Of a DNA stretch of 64,000 nucleotides, positions 12,313 to 25,294 are shown one piece after another. Position numbers and translations under genes: made by a program. Numbering within the stretch: the first letter of the stretch is position 1; each line of letters starts with the position of its first letter. Under the pieces are notes generated by a model. The model ran no database searches. It was not told the origin of the DNA and saw nothing but the letters and a program-made list of their open reading frames with translations. The stretch comes from Camelus dromedarius. Its lineage: Eukaryota. The stretch lies in NCBI RefSeq assembly GCF_036321535.1, contig NC_087437.1, positions 40,922,001 to 40,986,000 on the forward strand, written 5' to 3'.

Positions 12313-13949
12313 AGACCTGCACACATATGCTTGTGATGACCAAACTAAAAACGACAAGCGATAGCCTGGCGCACGGACAGACAGCACAACGCCTGATCCA
12401 TGGTCAGACAACAGAACAGCATGGTTATTCCAGAAAATTCTTACATATGCTGATTTAGCTACAAACCAGTCCCAAGCCTTGTAATTTGGCCTCTGTCATA
12501 AAAGACAACAAACTCCCTTCCAGGAACACCCTTATCCCAGGACAAGAAACAAGAAGATATATTTGTCAAGGTAAGAAGATAGAACATATTTTCTTCAGCA
12601 GTTTGTTAGCTGAATTGATTGCTTGTAAATGTTGAGACTCCTGGTACGCGGGCCTCCATTTGCATGTCTGCCCGGGTCCTGCATAAGTTAAGGGTTGGGC
12701 AGCTCACGCCCCAGGTGGCTAGTCTGGGTGTAACTTAAAAAAAAATAAAGCCCATCATAAGACTCAGAAAAATAACCCCTGCCCTTAACTCATGTGATTT
12801 ATCTACAATTGAAATTCTATTCCCTCAAAAAAGACTGTAGAAAGGATCTCTTTTCCAGATCATAGAGCAGATGCCCTCAGATTCAGACAGGGGTACTTCT
12901 AGTTTTTTGAAGGTTTCTATGTTTTCAGGGGCTCCTTGGGAGCCATCTATGCCTCTGCCTTTTAAGTTTCTGCCTCTTATCCCAATTTGTGAAAACTAGA
13001 GTCTTTGTTCACAAACGAACTACACGTTCCCTTATTTCTAATGAAACAGCTGCATGACTAACGTGGTTCCTTTAATCACCCGTACATTAAAGTGCGCGGA
13101 TTGGAAGTCTAATCACTGACTTGCCTTTTAATGGCATTAAGAAAAATTTCTCAGATGAATAATCCAAAGCTTCCTAACATTTCTATTAGAGGAAAGGTTG
13201 GGAAACATTTTTTTCCTTCCCTTAAGAACTTGTCTGATGACCAGAAATGTCAATTTCAATTCAGTTTCAATCTCGGAGCAATTTTTTCCTTTATGTTTGG
13301 TTAAAGCTTTCATTTCTATTTTCTTCCTCTGATCACCTTGAAGGTAAATAAACGAAATAAAACAATGCATTTAAATTTTCTTTTTCTGCTTAGAGCTTTA
13401 ATTCACAGAACATTTTTCCTTTAAAAAGCACGTAAAATGGCCTTTTTTCTCAAAAATCTAACTGTAGTTTCTACTCAGTAATTATTTCTTTAAAAAAAAA
13501 ATGTGTTGTTATGGCAATTGCCCACTTGATTTCAAGCAGGCTTTGCAGTGCAAATATGACTATTTCCCAAGGAACTGGAAGGTTGTTTTATCCTTTGAGC
13601 TGAAAAAAAAGGTGGCATTTCCATGGTCTGTAGCTCAAAGCCAGGGCACTAGATTAGGAGTCAGGAAACAGCTCAGACACCAGTTTGATGTGGGCCCCTC
13701 TGGACTCCAGCCTCCCCCTCAGAGCAGGAGACTTGTCGGAGGTCACTTCCAGCCCAGAAGGTCTATAATTCCACAAGTTAATCTCTTCATCCTGGAGGAA
13801 ATGTATGGAAAGTTCCAGAGGTTCACTCTAGTGTGTCTGTCAGGGAAGCAGCTATTTTTCTTCCCTGTTACTCTCCAGGAGAGATAGAGGCAGAATGAGG
13901 GACATGCAGAACAAGGTTATTTTACCACAAAGTGTCTTAGAAGTAAGAT

Positions 13950-14215
13950 TTCTTAATAACATCAAGTACTTACATAGCATCCCCTATGTGCCAGAAGCTG
14001 TTCTAAGAGTTTTATATGGATCAACTGATATAATTCTCACCACAACCCTCCTAGGTGGGCAATAGTATTGCATCACCAGCTTACAGATCAGGGAGCCGAT
14101 GTAACTGATTCTAAGTGACTTATCCACGCGCCTTCCACTGTCAACGGTGGCATGGAACTTGAACCCGAGATGTGGTTCCAGACCCCAGGTACTAACTGAC
14201 TATGGTAACCACTTT
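13950..14215 (-). mobile_element. MIR SINE
   Basis: tatgtgccagaagctgttctaag...aattctcaccacaaccctcctagg...ttacagatcagggagccga, MIR core. Confidence 0.7.
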
Positions 14216-16579
14216 CCACCTATAAATAAGCAGACTGGGGCAGTGGGAAGTGTCTAATATTTGGAGTCTAATTGCATTGAAATCCGGAGTTCACCACATT
14301 CTAGTTCTGCTACCTCTGACTTACTCTCTCACAACCTCAGCTATTTATCAGCAAGACATCGGCTGGTGGTAAGGTTTTAACTAGATAATAGCATGGAAAA
14401 GCATTTTGTAAACCTTAGAGCCTTAAGCAAACAGTCGCAATGAATCCATCTTTGGTAGATAACACCTTCAAGTGGCAGTTTCACTAACCAAGCTTAAAGT
14501 CACAAGCTAAAAAGTATAGTTCTAACTTTAAAAATACAGGCTTCAATTTCTTTTTTGAGGCTGATGTGCAGGGAGGAGAGGTGAGGGCCAACAGCAGAGA
14601 GAAATGATGCATTTAGGGGCAGTGAAATCCTCCCAAGGGCCTAAAACAACAGTACTTTGCCTGAACCAAAGTAAGCGACAAAATGGCTTCTCGGTCACTT
14701 CCTTCAAATCGTCACAGAGCCATAAGCACTGGAAGGACTTGGGCAGGACCCAGAGACCACCACGATGGGTGGGACTCATTCAGCATCTCAGACAGGAGCC
14801 AGAAGAGTCTAAGTGAAAAAACACAGAAACATCCAACACTTGTCTTGGCCCAGCTTCCTGGGTGGGCAGCTCCTCTCTGACTGTCAGACTCATCCAGGTG
14901 GAGCCTGTGAGTTGGCTGTTTAGAGTCAGAGGGCCTCCAGCAGGCATTCTCCACCTTCCCCTCTGTTCCCTGTTCCTCTTTCCCAGAGGTCCCAGGGATT
15001 CAACCTGCTTTTCTTTCCATTTCAGGGTTGCCTATTCTGTCTCCTACCCTGTCTTTGAGCTTCCTCTTCCGTTAAGATATGCTGTGACAGGGGACACAGT
15101 CGCCCCAGCCTCCCTCACCTTACTGATCCTCAGAATAAACATTTAGGCCTCTTTCATTTTGAGGATTTTAACACCAACCAGTTAGGAGAAGCAGCCAGTG
15201 GGTAGCAATAGATCTTAAATGCTCATATTATGTCTTGCCTGCTTCCCAAATGCCAGGCAACCTCCCCAGAGAGCATCACTCCCAGAAGACAGAGCATGTC
15301 ACACTGGATCACACACCCCAGGCCAGCCCTGTAAAGACTCGGGCCCTGTGAGCTACTTCCTAGCTTTGGCTCTGAGGATCACTCCTCCCCACGTCCCAGT
15401 GCCAACCCCTCGTCCACTTCTCAGATCAGTGGCTCTAGTTTCTCTACATGAGCAAAGTCCTTTCCCCTGTGGCCCCCAAGGAAATAGTCCCTGGTTTCAG
15501 GAAGGTTTGCCCCCTCCTGGCACAGGTTCTCCTCCCCCTCTGTTTCAGGCTCCCACCTCTTCCCTAGCTGGATCCTTCTCTACCTGTTTTATCTGGAACC
15601 AGCCACTCAGGACGGTTACATCTTTGAGTGTGAAAGCTCTTATTTGTTTCAGCTGGAGATTTTTCTCCTTTTTTAAACTTTTCTAAATTATGAAAGAGAT
15701 AATTCTCATTTTTATAAGTCAAACAATACAGAGAAGCAGTTCTTCAAAAGTTCATAGTCTCCTCACCTTCTAATCAATCCCATCCCACGGACTTAGCTGA
15801 TGATACTAGTTTGCTATGCAATTTTCCCTCCCATCTTTCAAAATTGGATCATATTATTCGCATTTATAACTATTCTTAATCTTTTTAGAGTCACAGATCT
15901 CTCTGAGGGTCTGATAAAAGCTACGGACACTCTCCCTAACACTCACATGAATGCGCACACACACAGACAACTTTGCATTTAGTCAAAGGGTTCGTGGACC
16001 CAAAGTAATAATTCCAGTTTCCGAGCTTGTGCCTCAGGACCAGCTCTTCTTGCCCACGTGCTCTCAGGGGCTAGTCCTACAACCCCTGAAGCCTATGCCC
16101 GTTGCTCCAGGAGTCGTCAAACAAATGCCTCATTTGGACTTGTCCCACCTACACGGAGTCCTTCTCACTCTGGAACCTCTCACTACAGTCCCGTTGCTTG
16201 TGCGAAGAAGCCCTGTCGTCTACAGCCCATTTTAAGAACCAGCAAAGGAGTAGAACTGGACTGAATGCTAAACTAGCCCTTCTAGTGGTCCTGAGCAGAC
16301 TGGAGTGGGAACCGAGGGGCCCAGGGAGGAGGTGACGGCAGCGGCCACCAGGGAGAGGTGCTGCGTCCCAGGCCGCGTGTAGCCCGACGCCTGCAGCACC
16401 TCTGAGCTGGATGAAACCTCCGCAGTCCTCTGGGCCACCCTCCTCATTGTCCCCATGAAACAAGAGAAATGATTTGTCAGAGGTCTCAAATGTGACCTGA
16501 AGGAAAATGTTACAGACCCATCCAACCACTTGGCTTCAAACCAGATGTGTAAGATAAATGGATCAATATGGAGTTGAAG

Positions 16580-16710
16580 AGGGGAGGGTATAGCTCAGTG
16601 GCAGAGCAAATGCTCAGCATGCACAAGGTCCTGGGTTCAATCCCCAGTACCTCCATTGAAATAAATGAATGAATAAATAAATAAAACTAATTCCCCTCCC
16701 CCCAAAAAAG
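16580..16710 (+). mobile_element. tRNA-derived SINE, camelid Vic-1-like
   Basis: ggggagggtatagctcagtggcagagc...gtcctgggttcaatccccagtacctcca; TSD atgg(a/g)gttgaag at 16568-16579 / 16711-16722. Confidence 0.9.
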
Positions 16711-16849
16711 ATGGGGTTGAAGGCAACTCTGAAAGTTAGCTTTCAGGGACAGTCAGGAACTTGGGGGTGATTGTGACCTGAATAGAAGAAGGTAATTGAA
16801 GGAAAGGTTTAAAGAAAGCTTTAATCTGTGTGTTTAACCTGGGTTGGTG

Positions 16850-17070
16850 ATTAGCAGCACTATACAGAGTAGAACGTTTAGGACTTGGGGTCAGAACACC
16901 TGTTGCTTATCACCTATGTGGCTTTAGACATGTCATTTAACTTCCCCAATCTTTATCTTCCAGGTAACAAATAAGAAATTCTCATAACCAACATCTATAG
17001 GGCTGTTGTGAAACTCCTAGAAAATGTGTGTTCAGAGGAGTTCTAGTACTTGGAAATATTGCAGAAGCGT
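16850..17070 (+). mobile_element. MIR SINE (degenerate)
   Basis: ggacttggggtcagaacacc...tgtcatttaacttcccc...tagggctgttgtgaaa. Confidence 0.55.
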
Positions 17071-18465
17071 CAGCAGTGTTTCTTGTTATTACCTATTAAA
17101 ATAATGCCAGTGAAGTGTCTATTTCTGGAAGGGAATAGCCCAATAACTTCAGAATAATTAGTGAGAAAAGAGTCAGGTTTCTTTGCCAAGCCTTCCAAAA
17201 CACCCCGAATAAATCAAGATGTCTTATCTAGGGTCAAAGTCAGGTGACGTCTCCTATTGGGAAGAAGGTAGGTCAGTTGTCCCCAGGGTTCAAGAGTTTT
17301 CCCTCAGGAACTTAGGAGAAAATAAATCAGCAGAAACCTTTCAATATCTCCCTCCCAAGCAAAAGGTTCAGCATATTGACAAGACATGAGGGAAGTCAAG
17401 GATGGATCTCAAATGGTACGTATTCTCAACTCTCTTCCGCTCTGGCATTACAGGTGCTCCCATGATTAATATGTCCTCTTACCAGCATCCTCCAAGGAAC
17501 AGCTCTGGAAGAGGCTCTGGGTAGGAAGCACATAACATGAGTCTTCAGTCTTAATATAATTGAAACCCAAACAGTTTGTTGCTGCGGGAAAACTTTGTTG
17601 ACTTGCCAAGAATCATTGTTAAGATAGCGTATTCCAAACGGTATCATGTAAGTAATGAACCCTCACAGTTGTGAGATTGGTCTTGGCTTGTTTCTTCCTG
17701 AGGGACAGAGATCGATTGTGATTTAAATTCTTCAGGAATAAAAACCTTTGGCTGCTCAGCAAGTCCTCCCTCTGGGGAAACCAAAGTTTTCCAATCTGGC
17801 TCTGATTGGATTTGGAGCACCTCCGAGATGCAAAAATATTGAACAAAATATGCAGGAGACATATTCTGTGATCACCTTGGCCCCAGGCAGACATCACATA
17901 AACACTTGAGCCTGCTCTTAGGTAAAAGAAACAGGATGGGGAGGAGAGGCAACTTGACGGGAACATGGAGCTATTTTCCTGGCTATATAGGGCTGTGGTG
18001 AGCTGCACGCCAGCACCTTAACCACTCCAAAGCTCGTGTCTCCTCAAAAATTGAGACACTAGTTTGGAATCCCTCCAGAGAACAGTGAGTAAGAGACATC
18101 TATAAAGGGGACCAATCCTCCTGCAGTCAGGATTAAAAGCCTTAGAATCATAGTCAGAGGGTCCTCAGCCTCTTTGACAGGGAACATCGACGAGGCTGCC
18201 CCAGTGGGACCTTGGACTCCAGCTGCATTCCTTCAAGAGCAACTGAGGTTACCTTTGCCTCCACAGCTGATGTTCCTGTCACTTCAGACACAGTGTTTCA
18301 CATTTCTCATCTCTGCTCCCTGATGTAAAGGACTCATGCAACCCACGGATATCTTTTCTTGAACCCTTATAACTTCCCCCTTCAAACAATCCTTCAGCCA
18401 AAAGCACATGCCTCTTTTCTCCTAATGGCGTTTCTCCGTCTTCTAACAATTACATCCTTTCCAAC

Positions 18466-18494
18466 CACACACACACACACACTCACACACACAG
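18466..18494. repeat. Interrupted (CA)n microsatellite
   Basis: Direct observation. Confidence 0.85.
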
Positions 18495-18739
18495 ACAGAG
18501 AAATAAATAAACTCCAGGGAGAGTCACACTGTCTTGGCCGGGTGGTGGTAAGATTTGTTATTGTGACTACATTGTCAAATCATAAATCCTAGGAAAAGAA
18601 CAAAGTTAAAACAGAATGTTTCTGTAGTAAGTTACCAAGTTGGAAAAAAACCCCCAAAACTCTGCTTTTAATTTAGTGGGAAAAAAACCAGAAGCAGCAT
18701 ACATAGATCTTTAGCCATCTTCTAGGTGTGGTATCTTGG

Positions 18740-18950
18740 GGAATCCTAGAGCCAGGATGCCTGGGTTCTGCTATGAATCAGTCCTGTCACACTGGGCAAG
18801 TTGTTTAACCTCTCTGTGCCCCGATTTTCATCTATAGATAGTGTTAAGCACTAGTATTAATCCACAGAGTTATCTTGAGGTAAATAACATATGTAAAGCA
18901 CTTAGAGCAGTGCCTGAGACATAGTAAGCACTGCACGTATTAGCTATTAT
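18740..18950 (+). mobile_element. MIR SINE
   Basis: ctgggcaagttgtttaacctctctgtgccccgattttcatct...gtaaagcacttagagcagtgcctgagacatagtaagcact. Confidence 0.8.
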
Positions 18951-19981
18951 TAAGGTGAACTTGGCTTAAGATGCTGGTTTGTTTCAGCAGGGGTAACTAA
19001 AAGCTACCTGAAGGTAGAGTAAAAGAGATACGTGCATGTGAGCTATACTAAGGGCTGAGCACACTGCCTGGCACATCGTAAAAGAACAAAGAAATTCTAA
19101 CTGTTGTGGCATAGCCACAGCTCAGTTGGCTGGAAGACAGTACTAAAAAATCTCCATCCCTCATGGGCACAACTGCTGGATTGACAGCAGGAAGGTTTGG
19201 CTGAGAGGGAGCAGCAGGTTGGCCACAGTATGTCAACGACTGCAAAAAAACTGCCTTCACCAATGGTGGGATGACAACAGCGTCTCAGTTCGTGAAAGTC
19301 AGCATGTTCTCTGGACACAGAACACTGCGAAGAAGACAGGGGCATAATGCGTCTCCCTAGAACACACACACACAACCACTCCCTCCACAGCGCCCTCCAG
19401 AGTAATCAGGTTATTTCATTGCAAAGAATGCGATGAAAATGCCCGGGGCATCCTCAATGTGTGAGTCACATGGTACCTAAATGTACTTAGAGATGGCTTT
19501 GTCCAACTCCACTTACTGGATGAGGGTGAGGCTCAGCAAGATGACGGATGGGGTGGTACTGTTTACAAGAGAGTTGCCCCAGGCCCCCTGGCCAGCTAGT
19601 GGCAGAGCTGGACTTAGAGGCAGGCGTCCAGATTCTAACTCCTCGCTCTGCGGCATTGCCTCCCACTCCTGCACTCTTCATTACCCACCTCAGAATCTTA
19701 AATCCAATATTAATCCAGCCTTTCTCTGCACCTCTGGAATTCCTGAGATGCCACATCCTTGGGGACTTCTAACTCCTTGTTGGCTGCTGTCACATAGGTA
19801 GTGAAAGTGACTCCTCTTCCTTGGCAGTTGCCTTGAGGCAGTGGCCGTGCACCTCCACCCTGTTCCGTGCCTGTCTCCTGATTGAATCATCCTCAAAGCT
19901 CCCTCACCAAATAGCAGAACTACTCGCATTCCAGATATTCAGATAATGCGCACTTGACCCTTGTTGAGGAACCCATCCTCT

Positions 19982-20740
19982 CTCTGGTTTTTTGGGGGTT
20001 TTTTTTTTTTTGGTGCTTATATGCATTTTTTTTTACTGAGGTATAGTTGATTTACAATGTTGTGTTAATCTCTAGTGTACAGCAGAATGATTCAGTTATA
20101 CATTTACATATGTATTCCTTTTCATATCTATTTTCATTATAGGCTATTACAAAGCATTGAATATAGTTCCCTGTGCTATACAGTAGGACCTTGCTGTTTA
20201 TCTATTTTATATATAGTAGTTAGTATCTGCAAATCTCAGACTCCCAATTTACCTCTCCCTTGCCTTTCCTCCTGGTAACCATAAGTTTGTTTTCTATGTG
20301 AGTTTGTTTCTGTTTTGTAAATAAGTTCATTTGTGCAATTTTTTGAAGATTCCACATATAAGTGATCTCATAGGTTATTTTTCTTTCTCTTTATGACTTA
20401 CTGCACTTAGAATGATGATCTCCAGGTCCATCCATGTTGCTGTAAATTGCATTATTTTATTTTTTATAGCTGAGTACTATTCCATTGTATAAATATAAGC
20501 TTCTGTATCCAGTCATCTGTCGGGGATGTTTAGGTTGCTTCCATATCTTGGCTATTGTATATAGTGCTGCTATGAACATTGGGGTGCATGAATCTTTTCA
20601 AATTAGAGTTTCCACCAGATATATGCCCAGGAGTGGGCTTGCTGGATCATATGGTAAGTCTACTTTTAGTCTTTTGAGGACTCTCCACATTGTTTTCCAT
20701 AATGGCTGCACCAAACTACATTCCCACCAACGATGTAGGA
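19982..20740 (-). mobile_element. Relatively young 5'-truncated L1 (artiodactyl/camelid-type 3' end)
   Basis: T-rich tail, then gtatagttgatttacaatgttgtgttaat...; perfect 16-bp TSD gaggaacccatcctct at 19966-19981 / 20741-20756. Confidence 0.92.
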
Positions 20741-21489
20741 GAGGAACCCATCCTCTTGTTTGTTCTTTGAAATATTGTTAGGGAAATATTCAAACCCTAT
20801 GGTTTAAAAAATATTGCTGAGAGTAGTATTGACTAATTCCTGAGGTCTGGTTTAATATCTGATTCTTTTCAAGGTGATGGTAAGAAGGGACACATCTATT
20901 TCATCCCCACGGTTGCATGTAGGAAAACAGCAGACCAGCTGACTTGGGTTCAATGCATCAAGACCTATAAACTCAAGGTCGTTGTTGACCATACTTCCAC
21001 TTTCTCCTGATCACTCCCTATTTCACTGTTTTATAGCCAGATGCTGGTGGTTGACAACAAAATAGTCATTCATTCCTTCATTCTTGGTTACTTGGCAGCC
21101 TTCACTGAACCAAAATCACCAATGAACTAGGTCCTCCAGACCCTAGTAAGTCCATCAGCGGGTTATAGAAATGATGAAAGGGGATCCTGACAAACAGTAA
21201 CAATCCAGGTTAACTTTCTATGTAATTAAAACCAGACTCCAGGAATTTCCAATTCAAGAAAAGAATAAATGAAAATAATCACACAGGTGATTATTTTTCT
21301 AAGCAAAGAGTTAGAAAGTTTCCTGTTTTAGCATGTAAGCATTTTTCCCGGCTGCATTATTATACCATGACACATAAAGTTATGACTCTTCCCCTTTTTG
21401 CTTAGTATTATTTTAGATTTCTAAGGGATCTTCTGATTCATCCTGTAGCCCTGAGTACATCTCCGTAAACTTAATACTCTCAAGATGCA

Positions 21490-21745
21490 CAGTTAAGCAT
21501 AGTGATTTAAATATTTGAGCTTAGAGACAGACCTTGGATCAAATACGTGCTCTGTCCCTTACTATTTGTGTGACCTTGTGCAAGTTTCTTAACATTCCTA
21601 AGCATCAGATCCCTCACCTCTGAAATGATGATGATAATACTAATTTCAGTGTAGAGTCATTGTAAGAATTAAAGATAATGAAGGCTTGGTGCTTAGTACC
21701 TTGCTTGGCTCATGTAAGTGATCAATAAAAATCACCTACTATCAT
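21490..21745 (+). mobile_element. MIR SINE
   Basis: gtgtgaccttgtgcaagtttcttaac...gtaagaattaaagataat. Confidence 0.75.
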
Positions 21746-21879
21746 CATTGCCATCATCATCATCATCAGTCACACAGTCATTGCCAATACAAGATCCTCA
21801 GTTACAAGCTAGAGACCAGAGAGGAAGCCCTCAGGTGGTTCTGGTAAAGTAGACAGTGGCACTGTGGCCAGGACTGGAA

Positions 21880-22050
21880 AATATGCCAGTTCAAATCCCA
21901 GATCTGTATGAACATTAGACAGTACTTAGCTTCTCTGTTCCTCAGTTTCCTTATCTGTAGAATGGAGATGATAACAGAAAACTTGCAGATTGGGGTGAAG
22001 ATTAAATGAGATAATGCCACTGACAGGACCGAGCCCAGCACCTGGCCCAC
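21880..22050 (+). mobile_element. MIR SINE fragment
   Basis: cttctctgttcctcagtttccttatctgtagaatggagatgataa...gattaaatgagataatg. Confidence 0.8.
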
Positions 22051-22955
22051 GGGAGCAACCTTTCCCTCCCTTGCCCTACGGCTGTTAGGCTCTTGCCCTT
22101 GGTCCTACCCCTGCTTATCACCTCCTGCAATGAGGGGAGGGTGGCAAACCGCAGTCGAGGATGCTCTGGGGGAACCTGGTTTCCTGATTCTGATCTTTTT
22201 ACCCCATAATCCCAAATATAAAGTAGGGTCTCGGAGGTTCTCTACTTAGTAAACGAGAAAGTCTGTGAGAGGAAAGCAGTGACTGTAGCAGGGAGACCTG
22301 CGGAAGGCAGTCCCCAGGAGAATGAGGAATAGCAGCAAATTCTGGCTGCGAGCCACAGATCTGTGTGGGGGCCAGGAGAGGACAGGGGATGGCTGGGATC
22401 CGCTTTTACCTGTGATAAACAACCCCAACTTGGTGACTCATATCCTTCTGGCTTTTGGCAGGCGAGGCTGATATGCCACTATTCAATGAAATTTAAAAGC
22501 TTTCTGAAATATAGGCAGCCCTTTCTCTCCAGGTGTATTTTGAAAAGATGACACAATTTGGACACAACGTATTTTCTAACCTGAAGCAATATTTACACAG
22601 TGTGTTAACGTATTTAAGTCAGTAAGCGTGTGTGTGTGTGTAGAGCACTCTCCCGTATGGTGCACAACACACTCACACATGTCACTTAGTTATTTTAAAA
22701 CAAACTGTTGTTTGGCATAATAACACCCCAGAGATTTTCACCAGCTAGTATAGTGTAAGATCAATACACACTATATTACTACTTAAATAATTAGGTCTTT
22801 GACACATCACCTACCCTCACCACACACAGAAAAAAGCAAAAACCTCACAGCAGCCTCTAACCCCAGCCCGAATACCACACCGAACGCCGCACCCTAACGC
22901 CATTCTCTATATTGCGGATCTTTCCCTTCCTCCTTTTCCGAAGAGAGGGAAGTCG

Positions 22956-22975
22956 TGTGCGCCCCCTAGTGGCTC
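22956..22975 (-). promoter_or_regulatory. CTCF core motif (GAGCCACTAGGGGGCGCAC on the minus strand)
   Basis: Near-consensus CCACYAGGGGGCGC in non-repeat DNA; about 14 CpGs in 22860-23065. Confidence 0.75.
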
Positions 22976-23742
22976 ACAAGCAAAATTGCATCCCCGGACC
23001 TTTGTTCTTGGCCTGTTTACTAAACAGTATGAGCAGCAGCGCTGTGGCCGATCTCAAGCGTCGAATTCAAGGACATTGAATTGGGCTGCAGTGTAGAGGT
23101 TTAGTTGCAGCTAGTGAAGAGGTTAAAAGGCTTTGGGTAAGTGGAACAGTCAGCTTCCTGTGTCTGGTGTATCTTCCTTGGAGTTCCTCTTTTCCCACGT
23201 AGCTGGTTATGCAAGAGGGGCTGGTGGACTCCTCTCGCGACAACTCCCATCCCCAATTTTCCCGCCCCAAAGACTTTGCTCCGTCCTCTCTGCCAAGTGT
23301 CGTGTCCACTCTAACCTGTAGCTATGGTGAAGGAAATGGTGTAGTGTGGGTGAAAACCTTGGAACCCCAAGAAAATCCTGTGTTTAATTTAGTCAAATTG
23401 CCAAAGTTCATTCGCAGCTCTTGCTTTGGTTTTGCCAGAAATTCACCTCATCGAAATCTTTAAGGGCCTCGATGTACAATTTTGCCACACCAGGAAAATA
23501 GCTCCTCCACTGCTCATCTAGAATATTTGTGGAATTTGCTAGCTCAAGATACAACCATAGTAAAGGCCACCTAGGAAGTGCCACTTAAAGCAGAGGTGTG
23601 TTTCCCGTGGCCCCCACAGCTCACTGAGTACCCCACTACTCTGACAGCTACAGTGCCAGTCCCTAACTACGAACTCCTGAAGACAGGGGCTGAAAGTCTT
23701 CAGAAATTCTTATTCTCAGCACCCAGCCCAGGGCCCAACACA

Positions 23743-24116
23743 TGTTATAGACTGAATTGTGTCATCTCGAATCCGTATGTTGAAGCCCTACCCACCAATG
23801 TGACTGTACTTGGAGATAGGCTTTTAAGGAGATAATTAAGGATATCATAAGGGTGGGACTCTATCCAATAGAACTGAGGTTCTTATAAGAAGAGGAGACG
23901 TCAAACAGCCCCCCACCCCGCGATGTACACAGAGGGAAGGCCATGGGAGGACACAGAGTGAGGGTGGACCTACAAGTCAGGAAAAGAGGCCTCACTATCA
24001 ACCTTTCCAGCACCTTGTCCTTGGACTTCCAGCCTCCAGAACGGTGAGAAAATTAATTCCTGTTGTTTAATCCGCCCAGTCTGTGATTGTTACGGCAGCC
24101 TGAGAAGACTAATACA
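23743..24116 (+). mobile_element. MLT1B-like MaLR solo LTR
   Basis: TGTTATAGACTGAATTGTGTC...AATGTGACTGTACTTGGAGATAGG...GCAGCCTGAGAAGACTAATACA; complete TG...CA ends. Confidence 0.85.
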
Positions 24117-25094
24117 GAAAGGATAACTCTTTAACAGAACTCCTACAACCAGACCATAACACGATTCTAAATTCCAGAGAAGGAGGGAGGACAGCAACTC
24201 CCATGTACTGAGAGCCGAGGTGAGTGGCAGCTTCGTGCTGCTGCTTCTCAAAGCAATTCGCCAGTTGTCTTCCTGTCCTGCAGAAACATGTGTGCATCCA
24301 CCCCACACCCGATGGGGAAGCACCCCCCCAGCTCCCGTGTTGTCTTTCACCCCCTAGAACTTTCCCCCAGCTGCTGGCTGTGATTTCATGGGTGTGTGAG
24401 CTCGGAATCCACTTCTCACCAGGTGAGATGAAATTAGGCAGCCCAAGGGTCTCCTGCCCCGCCCCCGACCGAGTACTGCTCCTCACTGTCCCCGCGGACA
24501 TCTGCAAGCACCCAGGAGTCAATGCGGTGCTTTTCACGCTGCTTTGGATTTTATGGCCTTCGTTCCATTTTGATCAACAAAATGTAGTGAGAAAACTGGA
24601 CTTCCTGTGAGGAATGAGCCAAAACCAGCGTTAGGTTGTCCTCATGAACCTTGTCTTTCCCTTCAATAACAGACATTAGACCACCTGCAAAAACATATCC
24701 ACAATTACCAGCGACTTTTCAAAAAATAAATATTCACCACAGATTTGTGAAGGAGGAAAGGCTGTTGTCTCTGAACGTCAAGGGGGCCAGCAGGGTCTTT
24801 TCATCTTGGTGGAGGACGCGAGGCTCGCGGGTGAGAAAGCAGCGCAGCCGCCTGTCCGGCTCAGGGCCCTCGGGAGCTGCCGGCTGCGACCCTGAGCGCG
24901 GCTCCCCAGCCGCTAACGTGGGGCCTTGAGCGAGTCCCTCAGCCTCTTCATGTCTCAGCGCTCAGAATTCCTGCAGGATGTTTTCCTGCAGCTTCTTTTG
25001 TTGGTTTATTGTTAAATATATTTATATGGAAAGTACGTGTGGCAGAATAGTATTTTAAGGTTATTAATCAACATTTTTTCCCGTGTTCCCTTAA

Positions 25095-25294
25095 CAGAAA
25101 CACACTACTATGTATAAAATAGGTAAACAACAAGGTCCTACTGTGTAGCACAATATCGTGTAATAATAGCCTATAATGGAAAAGAATCGAAAAAAGAGTA
25201 CATACACGTATGTATAACTAAGCCACTTAGCTGTACACCTGAAACTAACACATTATAAATCAACTATACCTCAATACAGAAAACAAAAAAAAAA
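25095..25294 (+). mobile_element. 5'-truncated L1 3' tail
   Basis: aaacaacaaggtcctactgtgtagcaca...gctgtacacctgaaactaacacattataaatcaactatacctcaata(A)n; degenerate ~23-bp TSD acat/cttttcc(c/t)gtgtt(c/t)ccttaa. Confidence 0.85.

Noticed and set aside
16580..16655. tRNA-like sequence with A and B boxes
   Set aside because: It is the SINE head: no complete acceptor stem, followed by an AT-rich tail and flanked by a TSD. The same applies to the other three copies.
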